This document shows, in pieces, positions 51,296 through 60,779 of a stretch of DNA of 64,000 bases (positions are counted from its first letter, which is position 1; each line of letters begins with the position of its first letter). Below the pieces are notes generated by a model that saw only the letters and a program-made list of their open reading frames with translations, searched no databases and had not been told where the DNA came from. Source of the DNA: an uncultured delta proteobacterium (GTDB lineage: Bacteria > Desulfobacterota > RBG-13-43-22); contig CAWBOS010000012.1 of assembly GCA_963790475.1 (NCBI GenBank), positions 96,001 to 160,000 of the forward strand. The letters are read 5' to 3'. The translations under genes were made by a program, and so were the position numbers.

Positions 51296-52435
51296 TTATT
51301 CAAATTCACCGTTCCATAACCGTTCGATGAACATTTGCCAGGGAATCGATTCGATCTTTTTTGTCAACTGACGCGGCTGCTTTTCCAGGCAAACCAAACA
51401 ACATTTTTTAACCGGTCCGTCATCTAACAGGGCCTGCAAAGAACCGATATCGCTTTCGTGAATGCGGGATGAACCTTTTACTTCCAGTGCCAGCGCCTTG
51501 TCATTAAGAATGAAGTCCACTTCACGTCCGGTTGATGTCCGCCAGAAGGTTATGGACATTTCGGGGTTGCGGTAGGCTTGGTAGGCTTTTAATTCCATCA
51601 AAATATAGTGTTCGAAGGCCTTGCCGAATTCAGAGCTCCCGATTTTAGGTTGATGTCTGGCCAAATAATTGGCTATACCCACATCCAATAAATAAAATTT
51701 TTCGGTAGTGATCATGCGCCGGTTTTGCGACTTCTTCCACGGAGGAATCCTGAACCCCAGATAAGTATCTTCCAAAATATCGAAATAAGTACGGACCACT
51801 CTATGGGAAACCCCTGTTTCCCGGGCGATGTTCACATAATTGATCAGCTCGCTGGAGGTAATCGCCGCCACCCTTAGAAATTCATTAAAGGCAGGAATAT
51901 TTTGAGTAAGGGCTTCAGCAACGATTTCCTCTTTAAGGTAATCGGCAACATAAGAGCGTATTTCTTCGATAGGATCGGGGGAGAGAAAGTGGGGCGGGAG
52001 CAGCCCGGAAACCATAATTCGTTCCAGACTAAAACCGGTTACTTCTTCATAGGAAAGGGGGGTCATGGTCCTTCGCCAGGCCCGGCCGCCTAACAGGTTC
52101 GCATGTCCCCGGCGCAATTTGCGGGCGCTGGAGCCGGTTAATAAGAACGATAAATTTCTATTTTCAATAAGCCAATGGACTTCATCGAGAAGAGGAGGTA
52201 TTTTTTGAATTTCGTCAATGACGATGAGGCCTTTGTGATTTTGATAGCGTTCTCGCAAAAGCGCCGGACGGGTGATATATTCCGCTAAAACGTCGGTTTT
52301 CAACAAATCGATAATCTCGACGCCTGACAGGGTATGGGAAATCCAATAGGTTTTCCCGACTTGGCGCGGACCCCATAGAAAAGCGGATTTTCCGCGAGGT
52401 AAGTTGAGGTCAAAAAGTCTCTTTTTAATTTTCAT
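51296..52435 (-). CDS. AAA+ ATPase with DUF4143
   Basis: GPRQVGKT, IDEIQ, TGSSARKL, KFYLLDVG, EVDF…EVK. Confidence 0.9.
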   Translation of the reverse strand: MKIKKRLFDLNLPRGKSAFLWGPRQVGKTYWISHTLSGVEIIDLLKTDVLAEYITRPALLRERYQNHKGLIVIDEIQKIPPLLDEVHWLIENRNLSFLLTGSSARKLRRGHANLLGGRAWRRTMTPLSYEEVTGFSLERIMVSGLLPPHFLSPDPIEEIRSYVADYLKEEIVAEALTQNIPAFNEFLRVAAITSSELINYVNIARETGVSHRVVRTYFDILEDTYLGFRIPPWKKSQNRRMITTEKFYLLDVGIANYLARHQPKIGSSEFGKAFEHYILMELKAYQAYRNPEMSITFWRTSTGREVDFILNDKALALEVKGSSRIHESDIGSLQALLDDGPVKKCCLVCLEKQPRQLTKKIESIPWQMFIERLWNGEFE

Positions 52436-52442
52436 AATAAAA

Positions 52443-52473
52443 GCAATTTATCCGGATAAATTGCCTTTGTCAA
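52443..52473 (-). promoter_or_regulatory. Promoter with palindromic operator for the AAA gene
   Basis: TTGACA-17-TAAATT overlapping the perfect palindrome GCAATTTATCCGGATAAATTGC. Confidence 0.55.
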
Positions 52474-52621
52474 GAAGTATTGCATGTTCTGTATTTACTG
52501 TTTACCGGGCAATAAGTTGACGGTTATATCCGGATTCCGGAGAATCCGGGCCATGTCGATCAAAAGGATGGGGCCATCAAACAAAACGGAATGAAATTGG
52601 ATAACGACCCCCAAAGGTTTC

Positions 52622-52750
52622 AAGGGCAAAGAGAAAAAATCAGGCCAGAGAGATTTGTAAAACTGGATGAATTGCCCGATTGAATAAGTTGTTTTAACAC
52701 CAGGTTCCCCCACTACGAAACATAAAAGTGCAACAGTATAGACCTGACCC
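52622..52750 (+). repeat. Phd 3'-end plus REP composite repeat (copy 4)
   Basis: Near-identical to 45611-45700 apart from a short insertion. Confidence 0.85.
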
Positions 52751-52814
52751 ACGTGCTCAAACAACTGGGAGCTCTTGAGTGTGCCAGGGTGGGGCGCCGG
52801 CTCTAAGTCTGCTT

Positions 52815-53201
52815 TTATTTTCTCTCGGTGAGTTGAACCAACACACCATGGGCGGATTTGGGGTGCACAAAAACCTGGGGGCCGCCTACACCAATGAGTT
52901 GAACCCCGGCATCCTGCATGGTTTTTACCGTAGCCGCCAGGTCATCGACAGCCAGGGCGATCGTGTGAATTCCTTCTCCACTTCTTTCTATCGCTTTACC
53001 CACTGCTGAATTAGGACCAAAAGGGGCCACTACTTCTAAAAATCCCCCGTTAGGGAAGGGGAAGAAGGCCTGCTTGATACCCAGAGCTTCGGACTCGGAG
53101 GTACGCTCCAGTTCCATTCCCAATTTATCCCTATAGGTGCTTATCCCATCATCGATATCTTTCACCCGCACAACAATATGATCCATTCCTTTAATCGCCA
53201 T
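52815..53201 (-). CDS. VOC-family protein, methylmalonyl-CoA epimerase-like
   Basis: DHIVVRV, LEVVAP, GEGIHTIALAVDD, FVHPKSAHGVLVQL. Confidence 0.85.
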   Translation of the reverse strand: MAIKGMDHIVVRVKDIDDGISTYRDKLGMELERTSESEALGIKQAFFPFPNGGFLEVVAPFGPNSAVGKAIERSGEGIHTIALAVDDLAATVKTMQDAGVQLIGVGGPQVFVHPKSAHGVLVQLTERK

Positions 53202-53241
53202 TTTATTTCTCCTTTATCATTAAAATAAGTATCCCGAGCCC

Positions 53242-53328
53242 TCATTTCTTAACGCCTTTTCTTTTCTCAAGAAAAGCCTTCACCGCTTCGGTTTGGGCCG
53301 GAGAGCCATGACATAAGTTCGCTGCCAG
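53242..53328 (-). pseudogene. 3' remnant of an enoyl-CoA hydratase-like gene
   Basis: Hand translation AANLCHGSPAQTEAVKAFLEKRKGVKK*, like the crotonase C-terminus. Confidence 0.55.
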
Positions 53329-53417
53329 CTGAAAGGGAGTTGAAAAAAAGACGTCCCTTGCCTCTTACGTCCTTCCTCGAAATTACGTTTTAGAATTAAG
53401 GATCCTTTCAAGAACTG

Positions 53418-53723
53418 TTATAAGGGAGGGAGGTCATCACTGATTGTATCCCAGACCCGGTCGACGTCGATATCGAAATAAACATGAATTAATCTATTTC
53501 TCATGGCCACGATATCCATCCAAGGTATTTCTGGTTGTGTGTCGCGACCTTCTTTCGTGACCCTTGACGCCGCCTCACCTATAATCTCAATGGATTTTAC
53601 GATAGAAAGAATTAGCATTCGATCATTGTCAAAATCTTCTTTTGTTTTATTACGGGCAAAGTCTACCGCCTCTCTGGCTGCATCCAACATATGCCTGAGA
53701 CGGATCAAATCATCATTGCGCAT
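53418..53723 (-). CDS. HepT/DUF86 HEPN RNase toxin with last helix frameshifted
   Basis: IEIIGEAA, RNRLIHVY (RX4HXY); the alternative frame continues ITVLERILNSKT*. Confidence 0.85.
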   Translation of the reverse strand: MRNDDLIRLRHMLDAAREAVDFARNKTKEDFDNDRMLILSIVKSIEIIGEAASRVTKEGRDTQPEIPWMDIVAMRNRLIHVYFDIDVDRVWDTISDDLPPL

Positions 53724-54018
53724 AGGCTAACTCTGCGCTTTCCAGCACTTCTTTCCTGAAATATCGACTCAAGTCCCCAGGGGTACGCAAGTCAACTTTT
53801 CGGCCTAAGATCTCTGATAGTTCATTTTCTATTCGGGCCATCTTAAGCAGACCCACTTTGAATCCTGTTTCAAATTCCACCAAAAGGTCAATATCACTCG
53901 AGGCCTTAAAATCATCCCGGAGGACGGAACCAAAGAGGGAGAGTTTACGGATATGATAATTCCTGCAAAATTCTTCTAACGGTTCTTTCGGAAGTTTGAT
54001 GCGGCTTTTCTTAATCAT
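53713..54018 (-). CDS. MNT (MntA-like) nucleotidyltransferase antitoxin
   Basis: FGSVLRDDF…SDIDLLVEF, GRKVDL. Confidence 0.9.
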   Translation of the reverse strand: MIKKSRIKLPKEPLEEFCRNYHIRKLSLFGSVLRDDFKASSDIDLLVEFETGFKVGLLKMARIENELSEILGRKVDLRTPGDLSRYFRKEVLESAELAYAQ

Positions 54019-54350
54019 TCTTTTACCTTCTTTGATCTTTTTTCATCTTGGATTGGCTTTTACTGATTGCATTTGAAGGCCAATTCTCTAACTTATTAAT
54101 ATTATAAATTAACCATCTTCATCTCGCAACACTATTTATGGTTGATCCGTCAGAAAAGGTCATCGGAGAAAAGCAGGTTCCGATCCGATTGAATGATCTT
54201 GAGGTCACAAATTGCGGCCCTGATCTTCTAACCTCTTGAAATAAAAAATATCTTATTTACTCGAAAAGAGGAATGTCTGTTTAGCTATCACTTCAACCGG
54301 TAATCAGGACCGGAAACCTATATCAACAAACTAGGAAATGCTATCTTTAA

Positions 54351-54730
54351 AAAACGTTCGTCGTTCAGAGTTCGTCGTTCGTCGAAAAAGACACTTAAAG
54401 ATAAAAGTGAAAGCCCAAAGCAATCTGGTCTATTTGGTCTATTCTGTTTGTTTAGTCGATTGGGTGTCTTGGGGTTAAAAGCAGCTAAAAAAGACTAAAG
54501 ATAATACAAAGAAAATAAAAGGGAAAGGGGAGGAAGTCAAGGAAAAAGGCAAAAACGTTCGGCGTAGAGCGTTCGTCGAAGAAAAGGGCAAGAGGCGGGA
54601 GGCAAAAGAAAGTTCGGAGTAGGGAGTCGGGAGTTCGGAGTAAAAAGGCAGGAGGCGCAAGATGCAAGGCAAGAGTATGAATAAAACCTATGGGAAAAAC
54701 AAGCTGAAGGCTGAAAGACAAAGCTCAGAT
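54351..54730. repeat. Mosaic 7-/9-mer repeat spacer; related blocks recur up to 63165
   Basis: GTTCGNM, GAGGCGN, GCTNATA/GCTGAAA heptamers, TGGTCTATT nonamers, and a ~110-bp block also at 57681-57786 and 61801-61910. Confidence 0.75.
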
Positions 54731-55069
54731 TTATGCAGGTATCGCCTTTTCTAACGGATCATTTACCTTCCATTTGATAGGAGTTATATGCCGTTCAATA
54801 TCCAGCCACTTTTGCCTTTTTGCGATTCTAAGATCAAACTCGGACTGGAGATTGAGCCAAAACTGAGCCTCAACTCCAAAATAACGCTGTAACCGAAGAG
54901 CCGTATCAGCGGTAATAGCCCGCTTCCCATTGACGATTTCACTGATCCTGTTTGGGGGTACCTCGATATTCTTAGCCAATTGGTTAATGCTGAGTCCGAC
55001 AGGATTCATAAAGTCTTCCCGTAAAATTTCCCCCGGGGGAATAGGAGGCAGCAGGTTGTTCTCTCTCAT
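54731..55069 (-). CDS. higA: HigA antitoxin (HTH)
   Basis: PGEILREDF, RISEIVNGKRAITADTALRL, FWLNLQ. Confidence 0.93.
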   Translation of the reverse strand: MRENNLLPPIPPGEILREDFMNPVGLSINQLAKNIEVPPNRISEIVNGKRAITADTALRLQRYFGVEAQFWLNLQSEFDLRIAKRQKWLDIERHITPIKWKVNDPLEKAIPA

Positions 55070-55080
55070 TTTATAACACC

Positions 55081-55359
55081 TCAGTGATAATCAATAATTT
55101 GAACCTGGTAAGCGTTTCCATCACGCCATTCAAAACAAATCCGCCATTGAGCATTGATGCTGATCGCCCATTGGCCTTTTCTATTTCCTCCTAATGCGTG
55201 GAATTTGTTGCCAGGGTTAAGCCTTAAGGCTTCGAGACTTGGTGCGGCATGTAAAACCATTAGTCGTTTTCTTGACTGACGTTCTATCGCCTGAAAACGA
55301 CGAACTCGACGATCATTGAATAAAGCCTCCGTGTCTCTGCAGGCAAAAGACTTAATCAT
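55081..55359 (-). CDS. higB: HigB toxin (RelE family)
   Basis: MIKSFAC, PGNKFHAL, ISINAQWRICFEW, IIDYH. Confidence 0.93.
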   Translation of the reverse strand: MIKSFACRDTEALFNDRRVRRFQAIERQSRKRLMVLHAAPSLEALRLNPGNKFHALGGNRKGQWAISINAQWRICFEWRDGNAYQVQIIDYH

Positions 55360-55370
55360 ATCTTACAACC

Positions 55371-55395
55371 TATTACGTCTCGCGTAATATGTCAA
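55371..55395 (-). promoter_or_regulatory. higBA promoter/operator
   Basis: TTGACA followed by palindrome TATTACG-N5-CGTAATA. Confidence 0.6.
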
Positions 55396-55619
55396 GAAAA
55401 ACTTCGGATCAGCAAGCGATTTGAAGAAAAAACGTTCAGCGTTCGGCATTCGGCAAATAAAAAGGCAGGAGGCACGAGGCGTGAGGCGGGATCCAAAGCA
55501 GCATAGAGCAAGGGGTATAGAGCAAAGGGGAGTGGCGAGAGGCGGGAGGGGAAAGGAACAAGGTTGAGGGATCGTGGCCGACAGCTAAAGCAGGGAGGAA
55601 CCCGCGCCATTGCCTATTT

Positions 55620-55868
55620 TTAAGCAGCTTTTAGGGTGGCCTCTTCATTCTGAATAATAATCTTTAGATTTTCATTTTTGGCCGGAATCGGCAAACCTTG
55701 TTCTTTTAACAAGTTAACATGTTCAATCATTTCCCATTTTGCCTTATAAAGACAATCCTCGACGGAATGTCCTACACCTGAAAAACCCGGCAAATCTGGC
55801 GAATAGAATCCAAAAAAATCAGGGTCCTTGGTTGCCTCAATGATCAATGAATATTCCAAGTCTATCAT
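55620..55868 (-). CDS. HicB-like antitoxin (orphan)
   Basis: YSPDLPGFSGVGHSVEDCL…GLPIP; no adjacent hicA. Confidence 0.8.
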   Translation of the reverse strand: MIDLEYSLIIEATKDPDFFGFYSPDLPGFSGVGHSVEDCLYKAKWEMIEHVNLLKEQGLPIPAKNENLKIIIQNEEATLKAA

Positions 55869-55891
55869 TTTGATTTCACCTCCGTTAACCG

Positions 55892-56290
55892 TTAGACCCA
55901 GTTTTCGAGCCGGAGACCGGGGATTCTTTTGAATTCCTTTTGATTATTAGTCACCAAAGGAATGGAAAGGCTTTTGGCCTGGGCGGCGATGAGCATATCC
56001 ATGGCCCCGATATTTATTCCCCGTTTTTGAAGATAAGCCCGGATCTCCCCGTAACTGACTGCCGCCCGGTCATCAAAGGGGACGATCTCCAGGGGGGTCA
56101 CAAACTCATTCAAGGCCTCTTGGTTTTTTTCCGGATAGCGGCTCAACTGGACGCCGAATTCAAGTTCGGCCAGGGTGATGGATGATATACCCAGATCGTT
56201 GACCTTAAAAAACTGGAACTTTCTTAAGACCTGAGGGGGTTTCCTTTTAATGAGGTAGATACAGATATTGGTATCCAGAAGGAATTTCAT
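55892..56290 (-). CDS. vapC: VapC PIN toxin
   Basis: LLDTNICIY, SSITLAEL, DMLIAAQA, VTNNQKEF. Confidence 0.93.
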   Translation of the reverse strand: MKFLLDTNICIYLIKRKPPQVLRKFQFFKVNDLGISSITLAELEFGVQLSRYPEKNQEALNEFVTPLEIVPFDDRAAVSYGEIRAYLQKRGINIGAMDMLIAAQAKSLSIPLVTNNQKEFKRIPGLRLENWV

Positions 56291-56517
56291 GATAAGGATT
56301 CCCTCTTCTCCAGATCCGGTTGGTTTCTCTCCTTCATGAAATCATCGGAAAAATGATCCAGGCTGCGAATCAGGGAACCCCAGGGATCATCCTTGGGAAT
56401 CAGGATTACCAATCGGCCTATTTTTTTTAAGTACACTTCATCATCCGGAAATTTAAATTCCTTGGGCAGCCGCACGGCCTGGCTGCTTCCATTTTTAAAT
56501 AATTTGGCGGTCTTCAT
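56287..56517 (-). CDS. vapB: VapB (AbrB-type) antitoxin
   Basis: AKLFKNGSSQAVRLPKEF. Confidence 0.92.
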   Translation of the reverse strand: MKTAKLFKNGSSQAVRLPKEFKFPDDEVYLKKIGRLVILIPKDDPWGSLIRSLDHFSDDFMKERNQPDLEKRESLS

Positions 56518-56784
56518 AAAAAATCTCCTTTTGTCTATGCCATAAAGTATAGACTTTATTCCTGGTAAATCAAGTAAAAAAGGCAAGAGACGTGAGGGGG
56601 AAAATCAGCTCATAGCTAATAGCCCAAAGGAAGATAGACGAGCGTCCCAATCGGACTTGAGGAGCGCTGCGCTTGAGGGAAGAGGCAAAAACTCAAGGCT
56701 GATAGCTCATAGGGGTTCAAAAAAAGAAAGTTCAGGGTAAAAAGGAGGAAGTCATGACCAACGGTTATTTTCATCAAAATTTTA

Positions 56785-56812
56785 TTGACTTGATATCTAT
56801 TAATGATATCAT
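56785..56812 (+). promoter_or_regulatory. hicAB promoter/operator, probably leaderless
   Basis: TTGACT-16-TATCAT, 6 nt before the ATG; palindrome TGATATC…GATATCA. Confidence 0.55.
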
Positions 56813-56818
56813 TCACGC

Positions 56819-57073
56819 ATGGCAGCAAAACACCGGAAAACCCTTGAGGCTATCTTTGATGATCCGGTAAAGACGAATATCCTCTGGACGGATATAGAAG
56901 CCCTTTTCCTTTCATTCGGGGCGGAAAGGGATGAAGGGAGCGGTTCGCGCGTCCGTTTTTACTTGAACGGGATTCGGGCAACGTTCCATCGACCTCGCCC
57001 ACAAAAGGAAACCGACAGAGGTACAGTAAAATCCGTACGGAAATTTTTAAGGGAATCGGGAGTAAAACCATGA
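56819..57073 (+). CDS. hicA: HicA toxin
   Basis: WTDIEAL, EGSGSRV, FHRPRP (usually HRPHP). Confidence 0.88.
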   Translation: MAAKHRKTLEAIFDDPVKTNILWTDIEALFLSFGAERDEGSGSRVRFYLNGIRATFHRPRPQKETDRGTVKSVRKFLRESGVKP

Positions 57074-57402
57074 TGGAATATAAAGGTTATATAGGACATG
57101 TGGAATTCGACAACGAAGCGGAAATATTCCACGGTGAAGTCATCAATACCCGGGACGTCATCACTTTCCAGGGGAAAGCGGTAGATGAAATTAAATCGGC
57201 ATTCCGAGATTCCGTTGAGGATTATCTAAAATATTGCGCCAAACTCGGCCAACAGCCGGAAAAGCCCTTTACCGGGAAATTCGTACTGAGAATCCCGCCT
57301 GACTTACACCGTAAGATATACGTTGCCGCCAAACATTCTGGGGAAAGTATTAATGCCTGGATCAAAGAACAATTAGAAAAACGCGTTGAAGAAGTAGTAT
57401 AA
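57070..57402 (+). CDS. hicB: HicB antitoxin
   Basis: YKGYIG, VITFQG, SVEDYL, PEKPFTGKFVLRIPPDLH. Confidence 0.92.
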   Translation: MMEYKGYIGHVEFDNEAEIFHGEVINTRDVITFQGKAVDEIKSAFRDSVEDYLKYCAKLGQQPEKPFTGKFVLRIPPDLHRKIYVAAKHSGESINAWIKEQLEKRVEEVV

Positions 57403-57830
57403 TTAAGCGTGTTTTTATGGATTACATAGCTGATAGCTTATTGCTCATGGAATGGCATGAGGCACGAGGCCAATAGAAAATAGGGACAGCGACCAGTTAT
57501 TTATTTTTTTGAAAAAAATGTCTGTTCTGCTATTACTTCAACCAGCACTTTGGTCGTATGGTCTATTTGGTTTATTTTGTTTGTCTGGTCGAAAAAAGGG
57601 CCACATCCCATATTTTCTATATCATCGACAAAAGAAATGCTAACTTCACAATTTGGGGAGCTCTAAGCTCATAGGGGGAGTCTGGTCTGTTTGGTGAATA
57701 TGGTCAATTGGGGTTAAAAGAAGCTCTAAACAAAGGGGACAAAGATAACACAAAGAAAATAAAAGGGGAAAGGGGGGAAGTCAACCTTTTTTGCCGAAAC
57801 AGGCAAAAAAAGGAGCGCATAGCTGATAGG

Positions 57831-58265
57831 TTACCCTCCTTCCCCAACCCAATGAACCCGGGGAAATGATTTCCTGGCCGAGTTATAAAAGCGTCGGTCC
57901 CCGGTCCAGAGAGGGCAGTCGTACATTAGGGCCAAGGCCAAGTAATGGGCGTCATAGGTAGCCGGTTGCCCAAGCTGCAGGGCAACCTCGATGGCCAGGG
58001 TATGGAGGCCGGCCTCATCGAGAATCTCAATTCCGAAAGCCAGTATCACCTCCAGGGCCTCTCGGACTTTGGGCAAACCCATTTCCTTCCGGATAATCCT
58101 TTTGTAAAGGGCATTGGTCACCTCGGTCAACAGCAGACAGGGCGCCAAGAGACAGGTCTCCTGTTCATCCCAAGTTTCTGCCAACAGGAGAGCCCGGGCG
58201 GAATAGTTTTCCGGGACAGCCCACATGACGGCCAGACTGGCATCGATAACCACGTTTTGTTCCAT
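57831..58265 (-). CDS. VapC-like PIN toxin
   Basis: VVIDAS, EVTNAL, YDAHYLALA, WTGDRR. Confidence 0.9.
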   Translation of the reverse strand: MEQNVVIDASLAVMWAVPENYSARALLLAETWDEQETCLLAPCLLLTEVTNALYKRIIRKEMGLPKVREALEVILAFGIEILDEAGLHTLAIEVALQLGQPATYDAHYLALALMYDCPLWTGDRRFYNSARKSFPRVHWVGEGG

Positions 58266-58274
58266 TCGGTTTTC

Positions 58275-58553
58275 CTACCTTCGAGACTGGCGAATCAGAT
58301 CAGCCGAATTGACCTGAAAAACCCTTCCCCTGAAGGCCTGTCGTTGGAATTTCCGTGCCCGATCCACGGCCTCGCTTAATGGGGTTCTTTGTTTCTCTTT
58401 ATCGGCTTCCGAAAGCTGTGCTTCGATGGCCCGAAGGCAAAAATGGGAAAGAGTGACATTCTGCTCGGTGGCTAATAACTTGATCCGCTGTCGGGTGGCC
58501 TGGTCGGGAAGATAGATATTCAATCGGACAGGGGAAGTTTCATTACGGTTCAT
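58275..58553 (-). CDS. Putative RHH antitoxin
   Basis: RLNIYLP…, SADLIRQSR; directly upstream of the PIN gene. Confidence 0.75.
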   Translation of the reverse strand: MNRNETSPVRLNIYLPDQATRQRIKLLATEQNVTLSHFCLRAIEAQLSEADKEKQRTPLSEAVDRARKFQRQAFRGRVFQVNSADLIRQSRR

Positions 58554-58977
58554 GGTTCGTCTCCTTTTAAAGTAAAATTTAGCACTAAGGAACTTTAGTG
58601 TCAAATATATATTTCTCGAAAGATTTTTTTCTGGAAGCTATAAAAGTTCGGAGTTCGGAGACAAAGACAAAGGGCAGTTTGGTCCATTGCGTTTATGTGG
58701 TCTATTGGGTTGCTTGAGTTAAAGGCTGCAGTAGGTCATAGCTGATAGCTTATAGCTCGTAAGAAGGCGTGTGGCGTGTGGCGAAAGGAACTAACCGGAC
58801 CAGCCAGAAAAAAACGAAAAGAGGCGACTGGATTTCTCCTTGACCACTTCTTTCCCTTATCTTATACTATTTTAATAAAGAACCTTATCGTCTAAGTCTT
58901 GAAATAATTGAACGCGTTGAAAGTTTTTAGCCTGATTAATCGGGGTAACCTGCTGGATGCCGTGAAGGAGACCGAAA

Positions 58978-59217
58978 ATGAACACCGTCCGATTGGATTT
59001 ACCGCTTGATCAAATTAAAAAGGCTCTGCGCCAACTGCCGCCACAGGAGAAAATAGCCCTCTGGCGCCTTTTAGATAAAGATCTCGACCGTCCTGCCATT
59101 GCCCTAAGATTCGCATCTTCGATCAATTCCATTCGCAAAACCTACATTCATGTCAGCGAAGAAGAAGTGATGAAAGACGCAATCAAAGCAACGCACCAGG
59201 TGAGGGGTGAGGCGTGA
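58978..59217 (+). CDS. Small antitoxin-like protein (orphan)
   Basis: RBS AAGGAG; resembles PIN-toxin partners; its end runs into GTGAGGC repeats. Confidence 0.55.
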   Translation: MNTVRLDLPLDQIKKALRQLPPQEKIALWRLLDKDLDRPAIALRFASSINSIRKTYIHVSEEEVMKDAIKATHQVRGEA

Positions 59218-59302
59218 GGCCAAAAGAAAGGTCGAGTGGGGAGTCCAGCGTTCAGCATTCGGAGAGAGGGACCCTAATCGGGATTCTTGAAACTTATTGG
59301 CC

Positions 59303-60457
59303 TTATTTTTGTTTTGGAAAAAGATTACGGGTTAATTGCTCCGCAAAACTCAGGAAGGGGAGGACCTCGATTCCATCCTGGGTTTGCAGACTGGGGCCGG
59401 AAGGGTAAACAATGATGCGGCGTTGCAAACCCTTGAGGGAGGCCACGGCCCGAAGCCCTTTGCTCCAGCTTTCCGAGAAATTCCTTCCCGACTTGGCTTC
59501 GACGGCAATCATCTTTTCTCCCTTGACCAGCAGAAAATCCACTTTCGTCTCAGCCTTAGAAGACGGCGCCCAATAAAACAATTCATCACCGACACCAAAA
59601 TAATCCATAGAGGCTCGGATCACCTGGGCCACCAATCCTTCAAACAGGGGGCCTTCCTCTTCCACGGCAACATTCCCGGAGGACCGCTTCATGGCCCGGA
59701 CAAGTCCCGGATCGCACCAATACCATTTGGGTAACTTGCGTTCCCTAACCCGAAGTTTGGCCTCATAGGCCGGAATCCGGAAACAAAGCAGGGTTTCTTC
59801 GAGGATCTGCAGAAATCCGGCTACGGTAGCGCGGGCCACCCCCACCTCCCGGGCGATGTTGGTGACATTGATGTTTTGGCCATGAAAGAGGGCGGCCACC
59901 GGTAGGAAACGGGCAAACCCGGGCAGGTTTCGAATCAGCGCTTCGGCCTGGACCTCTTCTTTCAGATAGAGCTGGGTATAGGCGGTTAGGGTTTCGTCCT
60001 TTTGGGGAGAATCCCAGACAATAGGCAGGAGGCCGAACTGAAGGGCCTTCTCGAGATTGAATTTCTTACCCAATTCTTCTGGGATAAAAGGATGCATAAT
60101 ACGTCTCGAGACACGCCCGGCCAGTAGATTGACGCCGGCCCGCTTCAGTTTTCGGGCACTGGATCCGCATAGGATGAAACGAAGACGTTTTTCTTCAATG
60201 AACCTCTGCACTTCATTCAGAAGATTGGGCAGCCGTTGTATCTCATCAACGACTATCCTTTGACCGGAAGACAGGGCGCGAAGTTCATCGGCAAAAAGAC
60301 CCGGGTGAGCCAGCAGCCGTTGGTAGGTTTCTTCAGACAACAGGTCTATCCAATGGGCATCGGGAAAGGTGGCTCGAAGCCAGGTACTTTTACCGGTGCC
60401 CCGGGGCCCCAGGAGAAAGAAGCTGAGGTCCGGATCTTTAAGGATTCGAGGAATCAT
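59303..60457 (-). CDS. AAA+ ATPase with DUF4143 (second copy)
   Basis: GPRGTGKS, VDEIQ, GSSARKL, KWYWCDPG, VDF…EAK. Confidence 0.9.
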   Translation of the reverse strand: MIPRILKDPDLSFFLLGPRGTGKSTWLRATFPDAHWIDLLSEETYQRLLAHPGLFADELRALSSGQRIVVDEIQRLPNLLNEVQRFIEEKRLRFILCGSSARKLKRAGVNLLAGRVSRRIMHPFIPEELGKKFNLEKALQFGLLPIVWDSPQKDETLTAYTQLYLKEEVQAEALIRNLPGFARFLPVAALFHGQNINVTNIAREVGVARATVAGFLQILEETLLCFRIPAYEAKLRVRERKLPKWYWCDPGLVRAMKRSSGNVAVEEEGPLFEGLVAQVIRASMDYFGVGDELFYWAPSSKAETKVDFLLVKGEKMIAVEAKSGRNFSESWSKGLRAVASLKGLQRRIIVYPSGPSLQTQDGIEVLPFLSFAEQLTRNLFPKQK

Positions 60458-60779
60458 TTGGATATTGCGCCGTCATTTTTCATGGAAATTTGACATCATT
60501 ATGGTCTAATTTTCAGTGACGGTCAAGGGAAAAAACGTTGGTCGTTGAGCGTTCGGCGTTCGGAGTAAAAAGGCAAGAGGCGGGAGGCAAATGAAGTTCG
60601 GAGTTGGGAGTTTGGGGTTCGGCGAACAAACCAAGGGGCGGAAGGCATGAAGCCAAAAGAAGTTTGGAGTAATGAGTTCAGAGTTCGGTGAGAGAACCAA
60701 AATTTCTGCATGACAAATTAGCCATCTGCTGGCTAAATATTATCCATGATACGGCGATATTTACAAGACCCAATCCTTA

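Noticed and set aside
38350-52710. ~40-bp repeat ending GTTTTAAC as a CRISPR repeat or attC site
   Set aside because: Copies are kilobases apart with no spacer periodicity, no cas or intI gene and no attC stem. The repeat translates as an antitoxin C-terminus.
54475-54721. Small ORFs in TA spacers (also 55392, 56616, 60506, 62830)
   Set aside because: Translations of heptamer repeats (SELPTPYSEL-type low complexity).
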